A program made the translations under genes and the position numbers. From Setoptus koraiensis (lineage: Eukaryota; Animalia; Arthropoda), in contig CM106585.1 in NCBI GenBank assembly GCA_048013815.1, positions 8,680,001 to 8,744,000 on the forward strand: a stretch of 64,000 nt of DNA, read 5' to 3'. The stretch's first letter is position 1. Each line of letters opens with the position of its first letter. The notes under the pieces were generated by a model. That model did no database searches, was not told the DNA's origin, and worked only from the letters and a program-made list of their open reading frames with translations. Positions 63,609-64,000 of this stretch are shown here, one piece after another.

Positions 63609-64000
63609 ATGAAATGGAAACAAAAATGTTTGCCTTCTCTGCTACTGCAACCATAATCCTCTAATTATCGAGTAGGCTTTTCCCAATGAATCACGCTCAA
63701 TTATACAAACACAGACACTCTCTGTACAGTATGCCTGTTGTATTATTATCGCGCTGTCGAGCTTGATAATAATGCATTTTAAATAATAGTAACACTCTAC
63801 TAGAGATGATTAGCAATATAGTGACACGGCCGTCATTGAAGCAACATTTTTTCGCAAAGCACTACATCGTCAATAAAGCGTCGTTCGTCTATCGAAAAGA
63901 ACGACTTTCCTAAAAAGAATGTTCTTTTTCAAGAAAGCTGCACCATGGGAAAAAACGTATAATGATTTCAAGTGTGATTTAGAACTGTTGTTTTCTGTCA

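Overview
Eukaryotic, gene-dense animal DNA with short GT-AG introns (about 70-205 bp), many intronless genes and Asn/Gln/His microsatellite-rich proteins. The compact layout suggests an arthropod, possibly an eriophyoid mite (inference only). No prokaryotic or CRISPR features. Genes, left to right: NUP43 (5' part), KAT7/HBO1, LAS1L copy a, a Wnt5-like gene, LAS1L copy b, eIF4E2/4EHP, a minimal 53BP1-like gene, tRNA-Asp(GTC), POLR3C, MRPL18, HMGCL, TSFM, a degenerate HSPA12-like gene, a PKC-delta-like kinase lacking C1/C2, an acid sphingomyelinase with a ~100-His insertion, NADH-glutamate synthase, a truncated hAT-derived BED-finger gene, a C2H2 zinc-finger gene, a ZIP8/14-like transporter, ACSS2 and a catalytically dead LRAT-domain gene. 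Near the right end is an intact 409-bp hAT-type MITE (17-bp TIRs, 8-bp TSD). The most notable observations are four. (1) The poly-His/N-glycan-sequon insert behind a furin-type site in the sphingomyelinase. (2) A ~90-bp element repeated in three divergent promoters. (3) A 53BP1 reduced to its chromatin-reading module. (4) Two LAS1 copies with a 99%-identical core that bracket a Wnt5 with altered acylation and Frizzled-contact motifs. Gene names rest on motif recognition from memory, and exon coordinates were derived by hand; no database searches were run.
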